From contig NC_043001.1 of assembly GCF_006345805.1 (NCBI RefSeq), positions 61,504,001 to 61,568,000 of the forward strand: a stretch of 64,000 bases of DNA, in the 5' to 3' direction. Under the pieces are notes generated by a model. It worked only from the letters and a program-made list of their open reading frames with translations, was not told the origin of the DNA and searched no databases. The position numbers and the translations under genes were made by a program. The stretch is from Octopus sinensis. Its lineage: Eukaryota. Positions within the stretch are counted from its first letter, which is position 1; each line of letters starts with the position of its first letter. Positions 43,146-55,849 of this stretch are shown in pieces.

Positions 43146-43303
43146 TTTGACCGAACGTCACGCATCTATTTCCAAACAAGTTTATCTTAATCTTTTTGAT
43201 TTGACTTTATACTGTTTTCTCCCCCATCTTTTTCTCTTATTCCATTTTTCTCCCTTCCACCGTTTTCTATGTGTGTCGCTCTCCCCCTCTTTATCTTTTT
43301 CTT

Positions 43304-43334
<31 letters not shown>

Positions 43335-43419
43335 ATTGCTCAGACGTGACTATCGTCCATCTTTTTTTCCTCACGTGATCATCTTTCTTTTCCGCCAGGA
43401 CTGTCCAAAAGGTAAATGT

Positions 43420-44508
43420 TAGAAGTTAAAAATCATATTAAAAATCACAATAAAAATTTCAAATAATTTTTTTTAAATATTAAATACATAAAGTACATTT
43501 ACGATATATATAAAAAACAATGCTTAACCTAAGGAAATTAATAACGATTAAATTAGAAATATTTCAAGTTTTGTAATATATCTAAATAGATATTATAGAA
43601 ATTAATAATTTAGTGTAAAATTTACCCCTGTCAAAACTAGTATAACTGTGAATTAATAGTGTACAATAACGGTTAATTAGTAAATACAACTACTTACGTT
43701 AGGAACTATTTGAATAAGATTATTAAAAAACAGTAAAAAGACAGATTACTTTACGACATGTAGTTTAATCCTTCAAGTTCAAGTGCAAATGTCCGCTTCC
43801 ACTGTCAGATGCTAAGTATTATGGGAATAACATACATTAATTTAAAATAAAACTCTCTGAAAATTACTCTAAAACCAATAATATTAAAGAGGTTGAAGTC
43901 AAGAGGAGATAATAACTAGAAATAGGGTATACTCGTAAAGCTAGCTATTAATCGATTTTTAAAGTGTTTTAGATTTTGAGATTTATGTTACATAAATGTG
44001 GCCTGTCTATTCATTTAAAGGTAATATTGTTTAATAAATTCTTAGTTCTTAGTATATCCGTATATAATACTATATAAATACTATTCTAACTTCTAGTAAT
44101 TAATTTCCTCATAAATGTGCATGAGATGATATGCTGGGGGAGGGGGTATTATTTTATGTGTTTTTCATTTTATTAAACGTAAAGCTATTCTTATGTTGAC
44201 ATTTTACTCCTCTCCAATACTGTTCAATAATAACTCGCTCGACTGGTGTATTTTTATAAACTCTGTTGTACATAAAAAGCACGTTTTGTTACCTACTTTA
44301 TATGACTTTGCACTACAATAATATACCAATTATTGGTGTATTCTATTTTATTAGATTTTAGCTCCCATATGTATTTACATACACCTGTCGAAGTTTTTAG
44401 TTTGGGATTTTTGAAAGACTGATAATGGTGGGAAATTTTTCTTATAATTTCGTTCGCTGTAGATCCAATATATTCTTTATTATTGTTATTATTATTTATT
44501 ATTATTAT
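43420..44508 (-). mobile_element. Penelope-like GIY-YIG end plus 3' region, cut at an Asn-codon run by the 540-bp element
   Basis: NNNNNNKEYIGSTANE...HHYQSFKNPKLKTSTGVCKYIWELK...W, then CFLC and KCQHK. The extent of the 3' region is approximate. Confidence 0.75.
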
Positions 44509-45050
44509 AGAGCATGCCATCAAAGTGACACTGGGGTAAAATATACGAATCCCAGTATACCCATCATGACTACCCATCTGATAAGGGTACACCGGGCACA
44601 TGCATCACAACCATATGTGCGCGACATGGTGATCTCATATCAAGATAAACAGCACATGACCTTGCAGGTGGAGCCCAGTTAGAATTTTCTTCAGATCGAG
44701 TAACCCATCCCGCTCAAAAGGTCCCTGAATAAGGGTTGTTTAAGGACGTTGAACGAAACACCCATGTTTCCAGAGGTGAATTATTCAAACCCCAAAGAAT
44801 CCCTCTCAACACATGGCTATGATGCTCCCCACTACTTCTGCTCGTGATCAGAGATGCACATATCGTCAGCCACTAAGGGACATGCTCAACTGGTTAAGGT
44901 CAAACAACTGACAAGCAAATCTGTGGTATTGAGCAGAATATTTGCTGTAGCCCATCTTTTATACCAAGACAAAACAATGTACATGATAACACTTCCAATC
45001 AGTTAAGATCAGAAGCCATGAGAGCCACTGCCTGGTACTGCATCAGGGCA
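44509..45050 (-). mobile_element. 540-bp (AAT)n-flanked non-coding repeat, copy 3
   Basis: Reverse complement of copies 1 and 2; TTA repeats on both sides on the plus strand. Confidence 0.9.
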
Positions 45051-45103
45051 TTTATTATTATTATTATTATTATTATCATGATTATTATTATTATTATTAT
45101 TAC

Positions 45104-45167
<64 letters not shown>
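45051..45167. repeat. (TTA)n microsatellite
   Basis: Direct reading. Confidence 0.97.
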
Positions 45168-45168
<1 letters not shown>

Positions 45169-48100
45169 TATGTTTGACTTTTGCTTTATATTTGTACAAG
45201 TTGGCTCCAAGTCTCACCCAGAGACCTCAAGATACAACAGGTTGGAAGTTCATGTTGGTGTTATGCCTAGTGTGCCATATATTTGGTTTTGTATTTAGTG
45301 TTGTACTAGTGAATGTCTAAAAAAAACATATGAAAATTATGTTTGTTTTAAAACTTGAGATTACATAGAAAGTATTTTGCGTAGGATATGAGCAGTTCCC
45401 ATGAGCACTATCTTCTGAATTTCTGCCATTTTGAGGTTTCCTGGTATCTGAGTTAGGTAACAATCACCCCCTTTTGCTATCAATCACAGGGCACCTATGA
45501 AAACAGGTATTGTTTTAGTCTTCAGGTTCCACATTTTGCTGATTTCTATTTCCATATCTTTATATTTGCTCAGTTTCTGGTAGGTCTTGACATATACGTT
45601 TATATCGATTGGGACAGTCATATCAGTGAGGAAGCATGTTCTTTGTCTGAAGTCTTTTACTATGATGTCTGGCCTATTCGCGTCTATCTTTCTGTCAGTT
45701 TGAATGGTGAAGTTCCAGAGGAGTGAGATGTGGTCATTTTCAAGCACTGGATGTGGTTTGTGTTCCCACCAGTTTTTATCATGGGGCAAGGCCAGGCTTC
45801 TGCAAATTACCCAGTGAATATATTGTGCAGCTCTATCATGCCTGTTGAGATACTCTGTATGCGCTAGAAGACTGCACTTGGAGACAACATGGTCAATGGT
45901 TTCATTTTGTTGTTGACATACACATGTTGGGCTACTGCCGTTCTTTAATATGTTGGCCTGGTAGTTCCTTGTTGGTAGGCATTGATCTTGAGCTGCTATG
46001 ATAAACCCTTCTGTTTCAGATTTTAAGCCAGAGGCCATTAGCCATTGATAGGTCAGGGCTTTGTCAACATCTGCATTATTCGCTCTCTTTGGGTATTTGC
46101 CATAGAGAGGTTTTTCTTGCCATTTATCGTTCAAAATATCTAAGGCAGTAATTTTGGCACGGGTTTTCATGCGCTTAACTTTTTCTGTGCTTGTTTCTTG
46201 TATGTCTAATTCCGAAATTTGTTGTATTCGGAATTCACTTAGATATTCCTTTGCCTGTTTTGTTACTGAGTATGATGCTTTCTTGTTTACATGTTTTGAG
46301 ACAAGTTTTAACATCCAGTCCTCAGAGTTTTTCAGGTAGGTGTCTAGGCCAATTGTAGCAATCTTGATTGTTATTGCTAGTTGTAAAAGTCCACGGCCTC
46401 CCTCTTTTCTTGGCAGATAAAGTCGTTCTGTATCTGTCTTAGGGTGGTGCATTCTATGCATTGTCAACAGTTTTCGTATTTTTCTGTCAAGATTACATAT
46501 TTCAGTAATTGACAAGTTAACTATATTGAAACTGTAAGTCACGACTGGTATGGCTAATGCATTGATCACTTCGATCCTGTTTCTCGCATTCAGCTCTGTC
46601 TTGAGTATTGCTCTTACTCTGCGATGACATTCTCTCCTGATCCTTTCCTTCATCACTGAATGCCTTATTCCGTCCCCTTCAATTACCCCTAGGTACTTGT
46701 AGCTCTCCGCTGGGTCTAATTCTTTTATGACATTCTGCTGGTCAAGGTTAACGTTAGATGTTTCTGTCATTTTTCCTTTCATAAAGGTAGCTTTTGCACA
46801 TTTATTGAGGCCAAATTGCATTCTGATGTCATCACTGAAATGTTTAACAATCGCTAGTAAGCCCTTGAGTTGTTGGTCATGTTTTGCAAAGGGCTTTAAA
46901 TCATCCATGTAAATGAGATGATTTATATTTTTATCAAACATTTTATATCCGTACTGTGCGTCATTGAGCAATTTTCAGAGAGGTATTAAGGCTAAACAAA
47001 AGAGGATTGGTGATAGTGTGTCACCCTGGAAAATGCCACATGAAATTTTTACATCACCAGCATTTAGAGATTCATTGTCACTGTTCAAAGTTAGTGTAGT
47101 TCTCCATGATCTCATACTTACAGACAAAACGTTTCACAGAGTAGGTGCTATTTTATACATGTCCAGGCATTTCTTAATCCAGTTATGTGGTAGGCTATCA
47201 AAAGCCTTTTTATAGTCTATCCAGACTATTCATAAGTTTCTGCGTCGTTTGTGACAATCTTCTAAGATCATCTTATTGATGAGTAGTTGATCTTTACAAC
47301 CATAGGATTCACGTTTACATCCTTTCTGTTCATTAGGGAATATGCTGCTGTCAAAAAACTATAGGTATATTCCATCAGGACAGATGTTAGCGTTTTATAC
47401 ATAGTTTTTAAGCAGGTTATGGGTCCATAGTTTTTTGGCTCATTCGTTTCTTCACTTTTTGGAAGCAGGAATGTTAACCCATTAACTAGCCAAGGAGGCA
47501 TCCTACTAGGGTGTTGCAAAACATCATTGTAAAGTTCTGTAAGCAGTTCATGGCTCTCTGGGAAGGCATTCAACCAGAAGTTAGGAATTTTATCCTTTCC
47601 TGGAGACTTCCATTTGCTTGACCTCCTGAGAGCAGATCTTATATCTTCTACCTTGACGATCTCCCACTTTTGTTCTTCTAAGGAGTCCAGTTCTGTAGAT
47701 ATTCTATCAATCCAGGGAGCCTTTTTGTTGTGTGTTTTTTCGTCTGCGCAAATATTATTCCAAAATCCCTGCACTTCTTCTTTTGATGGTACAGACTTTA
47801 CAGTAACTGGTGTTTTTCCTATCTTCCTGTAAACATTTTTCGCGTTATTTTTGAACATGTTGTTGTCCTTGAAGAATCTAACAAGTTTTTCATACCTCGC
47901 TATGCTGGCAGCTTTAGCAGATACCTTTTGCTTGATGGTTTCTATGGTGGCATCAATATCAAGTATTGTTTTCATATTATATTTTTTCATAAATTTTGGG
48001 GTTTTTGTAGGTTTGGTAGTCTTGTCAACCTTAAGGTTTTTCAGATATTCAATGTCAGATCTAAATAGTTTAATTTGTTGTTGGATACGCTCTTGCCAAG

Positions 48101-49248
48101 TAGGCTTTTTGTGGGAATGTTGCCATTTTCTAATCGTTTCACCACAAGGGATTGTTGAGATTTTCGCGGATGCATAGTACAGGTGGTTGAGATCTGTGAT
48201 ATCAACATCATTAACTGAAATTATATCCTTAAGTGCAAGCCGGATTTTACCAATTATTTTCATGTTTTGGTTAGAGTTGCGGATTTTAGAGAGTGTATCG
48301 CGTTCATCCATACTGGTTTCTTTAATTTTCAGCCATTCAATCATGATTTGATTTTTTATCTCATGTAGTTGTGTTGGGTCAATATTTGTGTGACTTTGAT
48401 GTTCATCTGTCTTAGTGTTTATGATTGGTTCAGGGAGTATTTCACTTTGCCTATCACTTATACTAACTCTTTCAATCCTTACTTCGTTTTTATTAGCTCT
48501 GGGCTGACCTATAATTATTTCCTCTGTATTATCTTCTTTACCTGCAGCTTCGTTCATTTTATCCGTTACTGCTTGTCTAATTTGATCAATCTCTACTTAA
48601 GTCAGTAATTTTTTTTTATAATGTTTCTTCTGACGTTGGCAAGTTTGTTACTGTCTATGTAGGGTCTTGCTTCAGGGTGTTTCTGTCTCCAGTTTAAGTA
48701 TGTTTGTACAGTATTAGATTTATTTGTGGAGAAATATATGGCAAGAACTTCTTTATTATCTTCCCTAGACCATTTTTCCTTCTTTTTCTTTTGATTATTT
48801 GATGACGTGCATGGATGGCCATCTGTTGGAATATTCCGGTTGTGGGGTACGTCCAGCTCCTGTGAGTCGGGAAGATTTGATCCAGTAGCTGATTTTTCAA
48901 TCCGAATTTGATTCAATTTTCGGGTACGTGGTCTTTTGTAATCCGCTCGATGACCATTGTGGTTTGTAATTTGCTTTGTTGACATTGAAGCATGATGAGC
49001 TTTGGCTCTTACATTAGGAGACGGATCTGTCAGTTTAGGGTTTTCTGCATGTAAATATTGTTCGTAGCGCCGCTTTTTAAGGCTAGCAGATCTGTATTCG
49101 TCTGTATTTTTTTGTTGATAGATTTATCTCTGAACATAGTTTGTTTTTGTGGTGTTTTTTAAACTTATGAAAGGTTTACTCTGCCTGTGTTAGTTCGAAA
49201 AAAATGAGAACAAAATACGGAAAAAAATTTTTTAAAAGGATCTGTCAG
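45168..49248 (-). mobile_element. R4/Dong-type REL LINE (family B), apparently full length (~4.08 kb), frameshifted
   Basis: ORF pieces 48602-48985 (KWSREDNKEVL...NKLANVRR, Myb-like), 47268-48557, and 45484-46971 (LIYMDDLK, CCHC-type knuckle, RPDIIVKD...LTDMTVP). (TTA)n lies on both flanks. Confidence 0.95.
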
Positions 49249-49291
49249 TTATTGTTATTATTATTATTATTATCATTATTATTATTATTAT

Positions 49292-49345
<54 letters not shown>

Positions 49346-49406
49346 CAGTTGTAGTAGTAGTAGTAGTAGTTGTAGTATCACCACCACCACCATCATCATC
49401 ATCAAT
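49249..49406. repeat. Compound trinucleotide microsatellite (TTA)n-(GTA)n-(CAC/CAT)n
   Basis: Direct reading. Confidence 0.95.
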
Positions 49407-50865
49407 GATATTGTTCTATGTGTAGTCACAGCAGTTGTTGCAGCAACAGCAACAGTAACGTAGTAGTAAGGGTGGTAGTTGGACCTCAGATTCCTGTGCT
49501 ATCATAATAGTTGTAGCAGTAGTATTAAGTACAAGCAGCAGTAGCATATTATTATTATTTTCATTTTTATCATTATCACCATCACCACCACTGTTACCTT
49601 TGTTTGAGGGAATAGTTGGTTAGCATTTGGTAAAGAGGTCATGTTCTATTGCTCTATAAATAGATTCAGCAGATGGTAGAGAGGTCAGCCAAAGAGACAA
49701 AGAACATTATAGGTCAGGAGAGGTCAAACATGTTTACTAGTACCAGCGCTGCCTTGAAAAGCAATTCAACTTGTTATATTTGTAATTAATGGTAGGAAGA
49801 AAAGAAAAAATATATATATACACATATGTATATGTATATGTATACAAACACACACATATTATCTGATATTCACGTCGATGAATTTTAAATTTCTGAATTC
49901 AATTGTGTTGTTGCAATAAAAGTTGTGTTTACATATTTGGGTAATATATTAAAGTTTTTAAGTATTCTTGAGATTTTCGTTTGTCTGTTTGGAAAATACA
50001 ATAAGACTTTTGCAATGGGAAAAAGAATGTTTACATTTTCGAATGCTCAGGGAGAGTCAAAGAGAAAAGAAAACAAGTTGTGGCTAGTAAAGATTTACTA
50101 AATATGGTCTTTTGTATGACTGCACAGAGAGAAATGATAGTGTTCTTAGAATAAAAAGGAGGATGATATTTACATTTTCGAAAACTCAGGGGGAGAGGAA
50201 AGGATACGTTGTCGCACATTAGTTGTAGATATTAAAGATTTTTTGGGGTTTTTTTTGTTTTTTGGGGGGTTTTTATTTTTATTTTAAGCTGATTGTTTGT
50301 GTGTTCGATAGATGTAGGTATGTAAGTTTCCTAACTTATTTTATTTTGAGGGAGATTTAAAATATTTACAGGGAGTTGTAGATATTCCAGTCTTTGGGAA
50401 CAGTAGGAGGAAGATCAGGTTCACCTTGTTGGGTTTTTGAATTTCTGAATTTATTTTTCTTTTGGAATTTTTCTTTCATTTTTAAAAGTTTTGCTGTGGT
50501 TTACAGTTTTTGTGGTTGTGCAGTATGTATATATTAGCAGGTGCTTACTTCCATAATTTTTTATCGTGCATTTAATTGTGTTGTTACAATAAAAGGCATT
50601 TTTACATTTTCTGATAGTCAAGGAAGAAGAGACGACAAAATGTTCACACAAAATTGGAGATATTTATGTTTCTAATTTTTTTTTAGATCTTCGTTTGTAT
50701 GTCCACAGCTGTAGGTATGTAAGTTCCTTAACTTATTTTGAGGGAAATTCAAATTACTCACGGAAAACAGTAGATCTTCCAGTTTTTTACAGTTGTTTTT
50801 TCAGTTGTCCTGGTGGGTTAGCTGCTGACAGGTCAGAGCAGCGAAAAACACGTCAAGCCTTCTCT

Positions 50866-51121
<256 letters not shown>

Positions 51122-51124
<3 letters not shown>

Positions 51125-54100
51125 TAGTTTTATTTTTATAGCATGCTTTCACTTCACTACCGAGCGCAGCTCTGTGTGCCTTGGGTATGTGCTGTGATTT
51201 GTTGTGATGCTCTGATGGTTATTGTATGGAAGGTGTTCTGCGTAGGATGTGTGCAGTGCCTAGTAGTGCAATTTTTTGTATGTTATATGTGTTTGTAAGT
51301 CCTGGTGTTTTTGTTATGTATTTGTCTGAATATTTCTTTTATCATGCCTAATGCACCTACTATGATAGGAATTGTTTCTGTTTTTAGATTCCACATTCTG
51401 GTTACCTCTATTTCCAGGTCTTTGTATTTTGAAAGTTTCTCCATTTCTTTTAGAGACACGTTGTCATCTGCTGGTTTTGATACATCAATTAGAAAGCAGT
51501 TTTTTTCTTCATGATCTCTGACAACTATATCTGGTCTGTTGGCCTTAATTTCTCTATCTGTGTGTATCGGCATATCCCAGAGTATGGTTGCTTTCTCGTT
51601 TTCTGTGACCTTTTCTGGTGTGTACCTATACCATCTTTTCTCTGTTGTTATTCCATAATGTTGGCATAGCTTCCAGTGTATGTAGGTTTCAAGTCTGTAA
51701 TGTCTGTGAATATATTCCTTCTTATCCAGGACTGGTCAGCCAGAGATAATATGATTTATTGTTTCTTGTCCATCTCCACATATTCTGCAGTTACTTGTTA
51801 TATTTCTTTTCATTACATGTTTTTGGTAATTTCTGGTGGGGAGGCTTTGGTCTTGTGCTGCAATTAAAAATCCCGCTGTCTTTGCTTTGAGTACTGAGCT
51901 TCTCAACCATTGCTTGGATTTTTCTTTGACTATTTCTTTTGCATTTAGTTTAGTCCAGTATTTACCGTGAAGGGGCTTTTCTTGCCATCGTTTTATCATG
52001 GTTCGTTGCTGTTCTATTTTTAGTTTGGATTTCATTTGTTTTATAGCTTTTGTTGTTTCTTCATCTTCTTCTTCTTCTTCATATTTATTAGGTGGTATGA
52101 TTTCTTGTTTGTATTTATCAGCTTCCTTAAATACTGAGAACAGTTTTTTGTTTTGCTCGTGTTTTGCCGCTATTTGTATCAGTTTTCCTTCCTTCTGAAG
52201 TAGATATTTTTGCAGTCCTATGGTGGTTATTTTATAGTAGTTTTCCAGCTGTATAAGGCCTCTACCACCTTCTATACGTTGTATATATAGTCTTTCTATG
52301 TCAGATTTTGGGTGATGCATCATAGATCCTGTCATTATTTTTCTTGTTTCCTATCTATTTTGGTCAGTTCATTTAATATCCAGTTAAGGATATTGTAGCT
52401 GTAACTTATTACTGGGACAGCTAAAGTGTTAATACCTATTATCTTGTTTTTAGCATTGAGCTCTGCTTTTAGTATTGATCTAACTCGTCTATAATATTCT
52501 TTTTTTTTTTCTCTTTCATTTGTGTGTGTTGTGTCTTATCTAGTTCATGAATTCCTAAGTATTTGTAAGTTTGGTTTTGGTCTAATTCTTTTATTTCATT
52601 GGTTTTTATCTAGTGTGATGTTGCTACTCTTAACTAGTTTTCCTCTTTTCAGGGTTACTTTGGCGCATTTTTCTAATCCAAATTTCATATCTATTTCTTT
52701 GGTAAATCCATGAACTGTCTTTAATAGTGTTTCCAGCTGTTTGTCATTTGCAGCGTATAGTTTTAGGTCATCCATATATAAAAGGTGGCTGATCGTTTTG
52801 CCGTAACATTTATATCCGCATCCAGTTCTATTTAGCATATCAAATAGAGGTGACGGTGCCAAGCAGAAAAGGAGTGGAGAGAGCGTGTCTCCCTGGAATA
52901 TTCCTCTTCTAATGGGGATGGCTTTGGTTTTCATGAGTCCCTCTTTTGTTTGGAGCTGTAGCACTGTTTGCCATTTATTCATAGAGTGCCTTATGAATTT
53001 TATAATTGTTGGTGCTACTTTGTTAATGGCTAGTGTTTCGAGGAACCATGTGTGGGAGATGCTATCAAACGCCTTTTTGTAGTCGATCCAGGCCATACTG
53101 AGGCCTTTCTTCTTTCTGTGGCTGTCTTCAGTTATGGCTTTATTAATCATTAGTTGATATTTACAGCCATATGAGCCTTTGCGGCATCCTTTCTGCTCTT
53201 CTGGAAACAGGTTGTTTTCGTCCAGGTGCTTGTTCAACCTTTGCGATATCACTGCAGTAAACGCCTGGTACATTGTAGGGAGGCAGGTTATTGGTCTGTA
53301 GTTTTCTGGTTTTGCTGTCTCATTTGATTTGAGAATAAAGATGGTTTTCCCCTTCTTGAGCCATTCAGGCATTGTTTCTGGCTCTGCTAGTATGTTGTTA
53401 AAGTTTTCAGCCAGCTTTTTGTGCATTCCTGTTAGATATTTCAACCAGAAGTTGGGGATCTTGTCATGCCCAGGTGCCTTCCAGTTGCTTAGTCTTTGCA
53501 GTGCCTGTGTGACCTCTTCAGTTGTTATGGGGGTCCAAAGTTGCTCAGATGCTGAGTTTGTTGTTTTAATACTCCTTTTTTTCTGGTTGTTCGTTCGCCG
53601 ACCATATTTCTCTCCAGAATTCTCCCACTTCTTCTGCCGTTGGTGCTGCAGGTATTTCTATTCTATTTTTGCCAAGTTCTTGGTAGAACTTTTTGGGGTT
53701 GGAGTTGAACTTTTCATTTTGTTCAAAGAAGCGCTGGCGTTTCTCGTACCGGCGGATCCTTTGTGCTTTTGCAAGGATATCTTGCTTCTGGTTTTCTTTT
53801 ATCTCAAGTAAATTTTTTTCTGTGATGTTATATTTGCGGAGTATTTTTGTTTTCTTTTTGTTGCTCAGTAGCGTTGATTGTCTACTGATTTCATTAAGAA
53901 TCGACAGATCTTTTCTCATTTTTTTGTATTTTGTTTTGGTTGTTATTTATCCACAGGGTTTGTTTGGGTGGTGGTACTCCTGTTTGGATGGGTTTTAGTG
54001 AGTATCCAGCTTCTTTTGTGGCTGCAGTAGCTGCTGCGTATACTAAGTCATTTAGCTCAGTGATATCGCTTTTTGTTTCACTGGCTATTAGTTCAGCGAC

Positions 54101-55214
54101 GGCTAGGTTTATGCTGTTTATAATTGGTGTTGTTGTTTCGTCTATTTTGATTTTTGGGAGGTATGGTCGGTGGTCCATTTTGAGCTCTGTGGTTTTCAGT
54201 TCTTTGATTATTTTACTTTTTATATTATCATAATCATTAGGCTCCCCTTCGTTGATTCCATGTTTTAGATTTGTGTCGCTTTCTTTCTTATTTATATGTT
54301 TGTTTGCCGTGTTTTGGCTTGCTGTTTGTCGTGTATTATTATGCATCCTTACGGTCTGGGTTTGTTGTTGTTTTGTTTACATCGTGTTTGTTGGGAATGT
54401 TACGTTTGTCATGGTGTTTTACTGTTTCAGTGTTTATATTATTGGGCATTGTTGTGTGGCTTCTATCTACATTTTCCTGGTGCATTTTTTTCTTTTAGAT
54501 GTTCTATTTCTATTTCTGATATTTTTTTTGCGTTGAATATGTATCTTCGTACGTTAGCTAATTTATTAGGGTTCATTGCTGTATCCAAGTCTATATTTAT
54601 GCTATTTTCCTTCCATATTTTATATGTATGTGTTGTTGTATTTTCATTTTTGGGGTAGAGTACTGCTGTGAGATATGCGTGTAAAATAGAAATGTATTCC
54701 TCATGTGTCCATTTATGTCTTTTGGGTTTTATTTGCGGGACATGAGGAACACCGTCCGGCCCATTATTTTGACGGTCGTCACTTTCGTAGGGTACCGGTC
54801 CGTTCATTTCTGTTGTCTCGTTATTTCGCACGTGTAGTTTTTCGTACATTTTTTGTTGTAAGTTTAAAGTACGTACCTCCCGATTGTTATTCTTGGGTTG
54901 AATAATATCGGTGGTATTTAATTTCTTCGTAGTTCCTTTGTACATGGTGTTTGGTGTTGGGGATGATCTGGTGTTGATGGATCGTAATGTGCCACGAATG
55001 TTTACATGTGTTGTGTTAGAGGTGGAGATGATATCGAGTCAAAATACATCATTTCGTTTCGGAAATAGTAATAAATTTCAATGAGTATGACTCGGATACA
55101 GTCTAATCCTTTGTTAGTAAATCTTTGGCTCCATACGATGTCCTTGTTTTCGATGTTTGTGGATAGATTTCGGAGCTCTGTTTTATCGTTCTTACATCTT
55201 AAACGTCACCCGGT

Positions 55215-55215
<1 letters not shown>
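51122..55215 (-). mobile_element. R4/Dong-type REL LINE (family A), apparently full length (~4.09 kb), frameshifted
   Basis: ORF pieces 54463-54945 (KRHKWTHEEY...NKLANVRR), 53894-54346, 53566-53919, 52596-53444 (RT, YMDD), 51736-52335 and 51283-51573 (REL). Closely similar to 12982-15405. (TAT)n lies on both flanks. Confidence 0.95.
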
Positions 55216-55270
<55 letters not shown>

Positions 55271-55276
<6 letters not shown>

Positions 55277-55498
55277 TTATCTGTCAGATCTCTTTCGTCA
55301 CGCATTCTGTGACCTCTTCAACGACATTCTTCCCCTCGTATCTTCTCTTCGTCTGGTCTTGTCTTGCCTTTTTCATTTTGTCTTTTTCTGGTACAACACA
55401 AAAAGAGAAAATGGAAAATTAGGACAAGAGGAGAGAGGTGGGACTGAAAGGCGCTGGGGATGTCACAGAATGTGTGAAGAAAATTCTCTGACAAATAA

Positions 55499-55504
<6 letters not shown>
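55271..55504. repeat. ~230-bp imperfect fold-back flanked by (TAT)n on the left and (AAT)n on the right
   Basis: attaatttatctgtcaga...tcacgcattctgtgac versus the reverse complement of gtcacagaatgtgtga...tctgacaaataaattaat. Pairing continues inward to a loop near 55390-55398. Confidence 0.85.
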
Positions 55505-55554
<50 letters not shown>

Positions 55555-55556
55555 TG

Positions 55557-55590
<34 letters not shown>

Positions 55591-55601
55591 TGATAATGAT
55601 G

Positions 55602-55665
<64 letters not shown>
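55500..55665. repeat. (AAT)n microsatellite with interruptions
   Basis: Direct reading. Confidence 0.95.
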
Positions 55666-55767
55666 AGATCAAATAAATAGTGCGTGTGTTTAATTGGCAG
55701 AAGATGACCGTCCTCAACTATAACGATATTTGTTTCAACACACGATTTCACATCAAGACCCTAGCAA

Positions 55768-55849
<82 letters not shown>

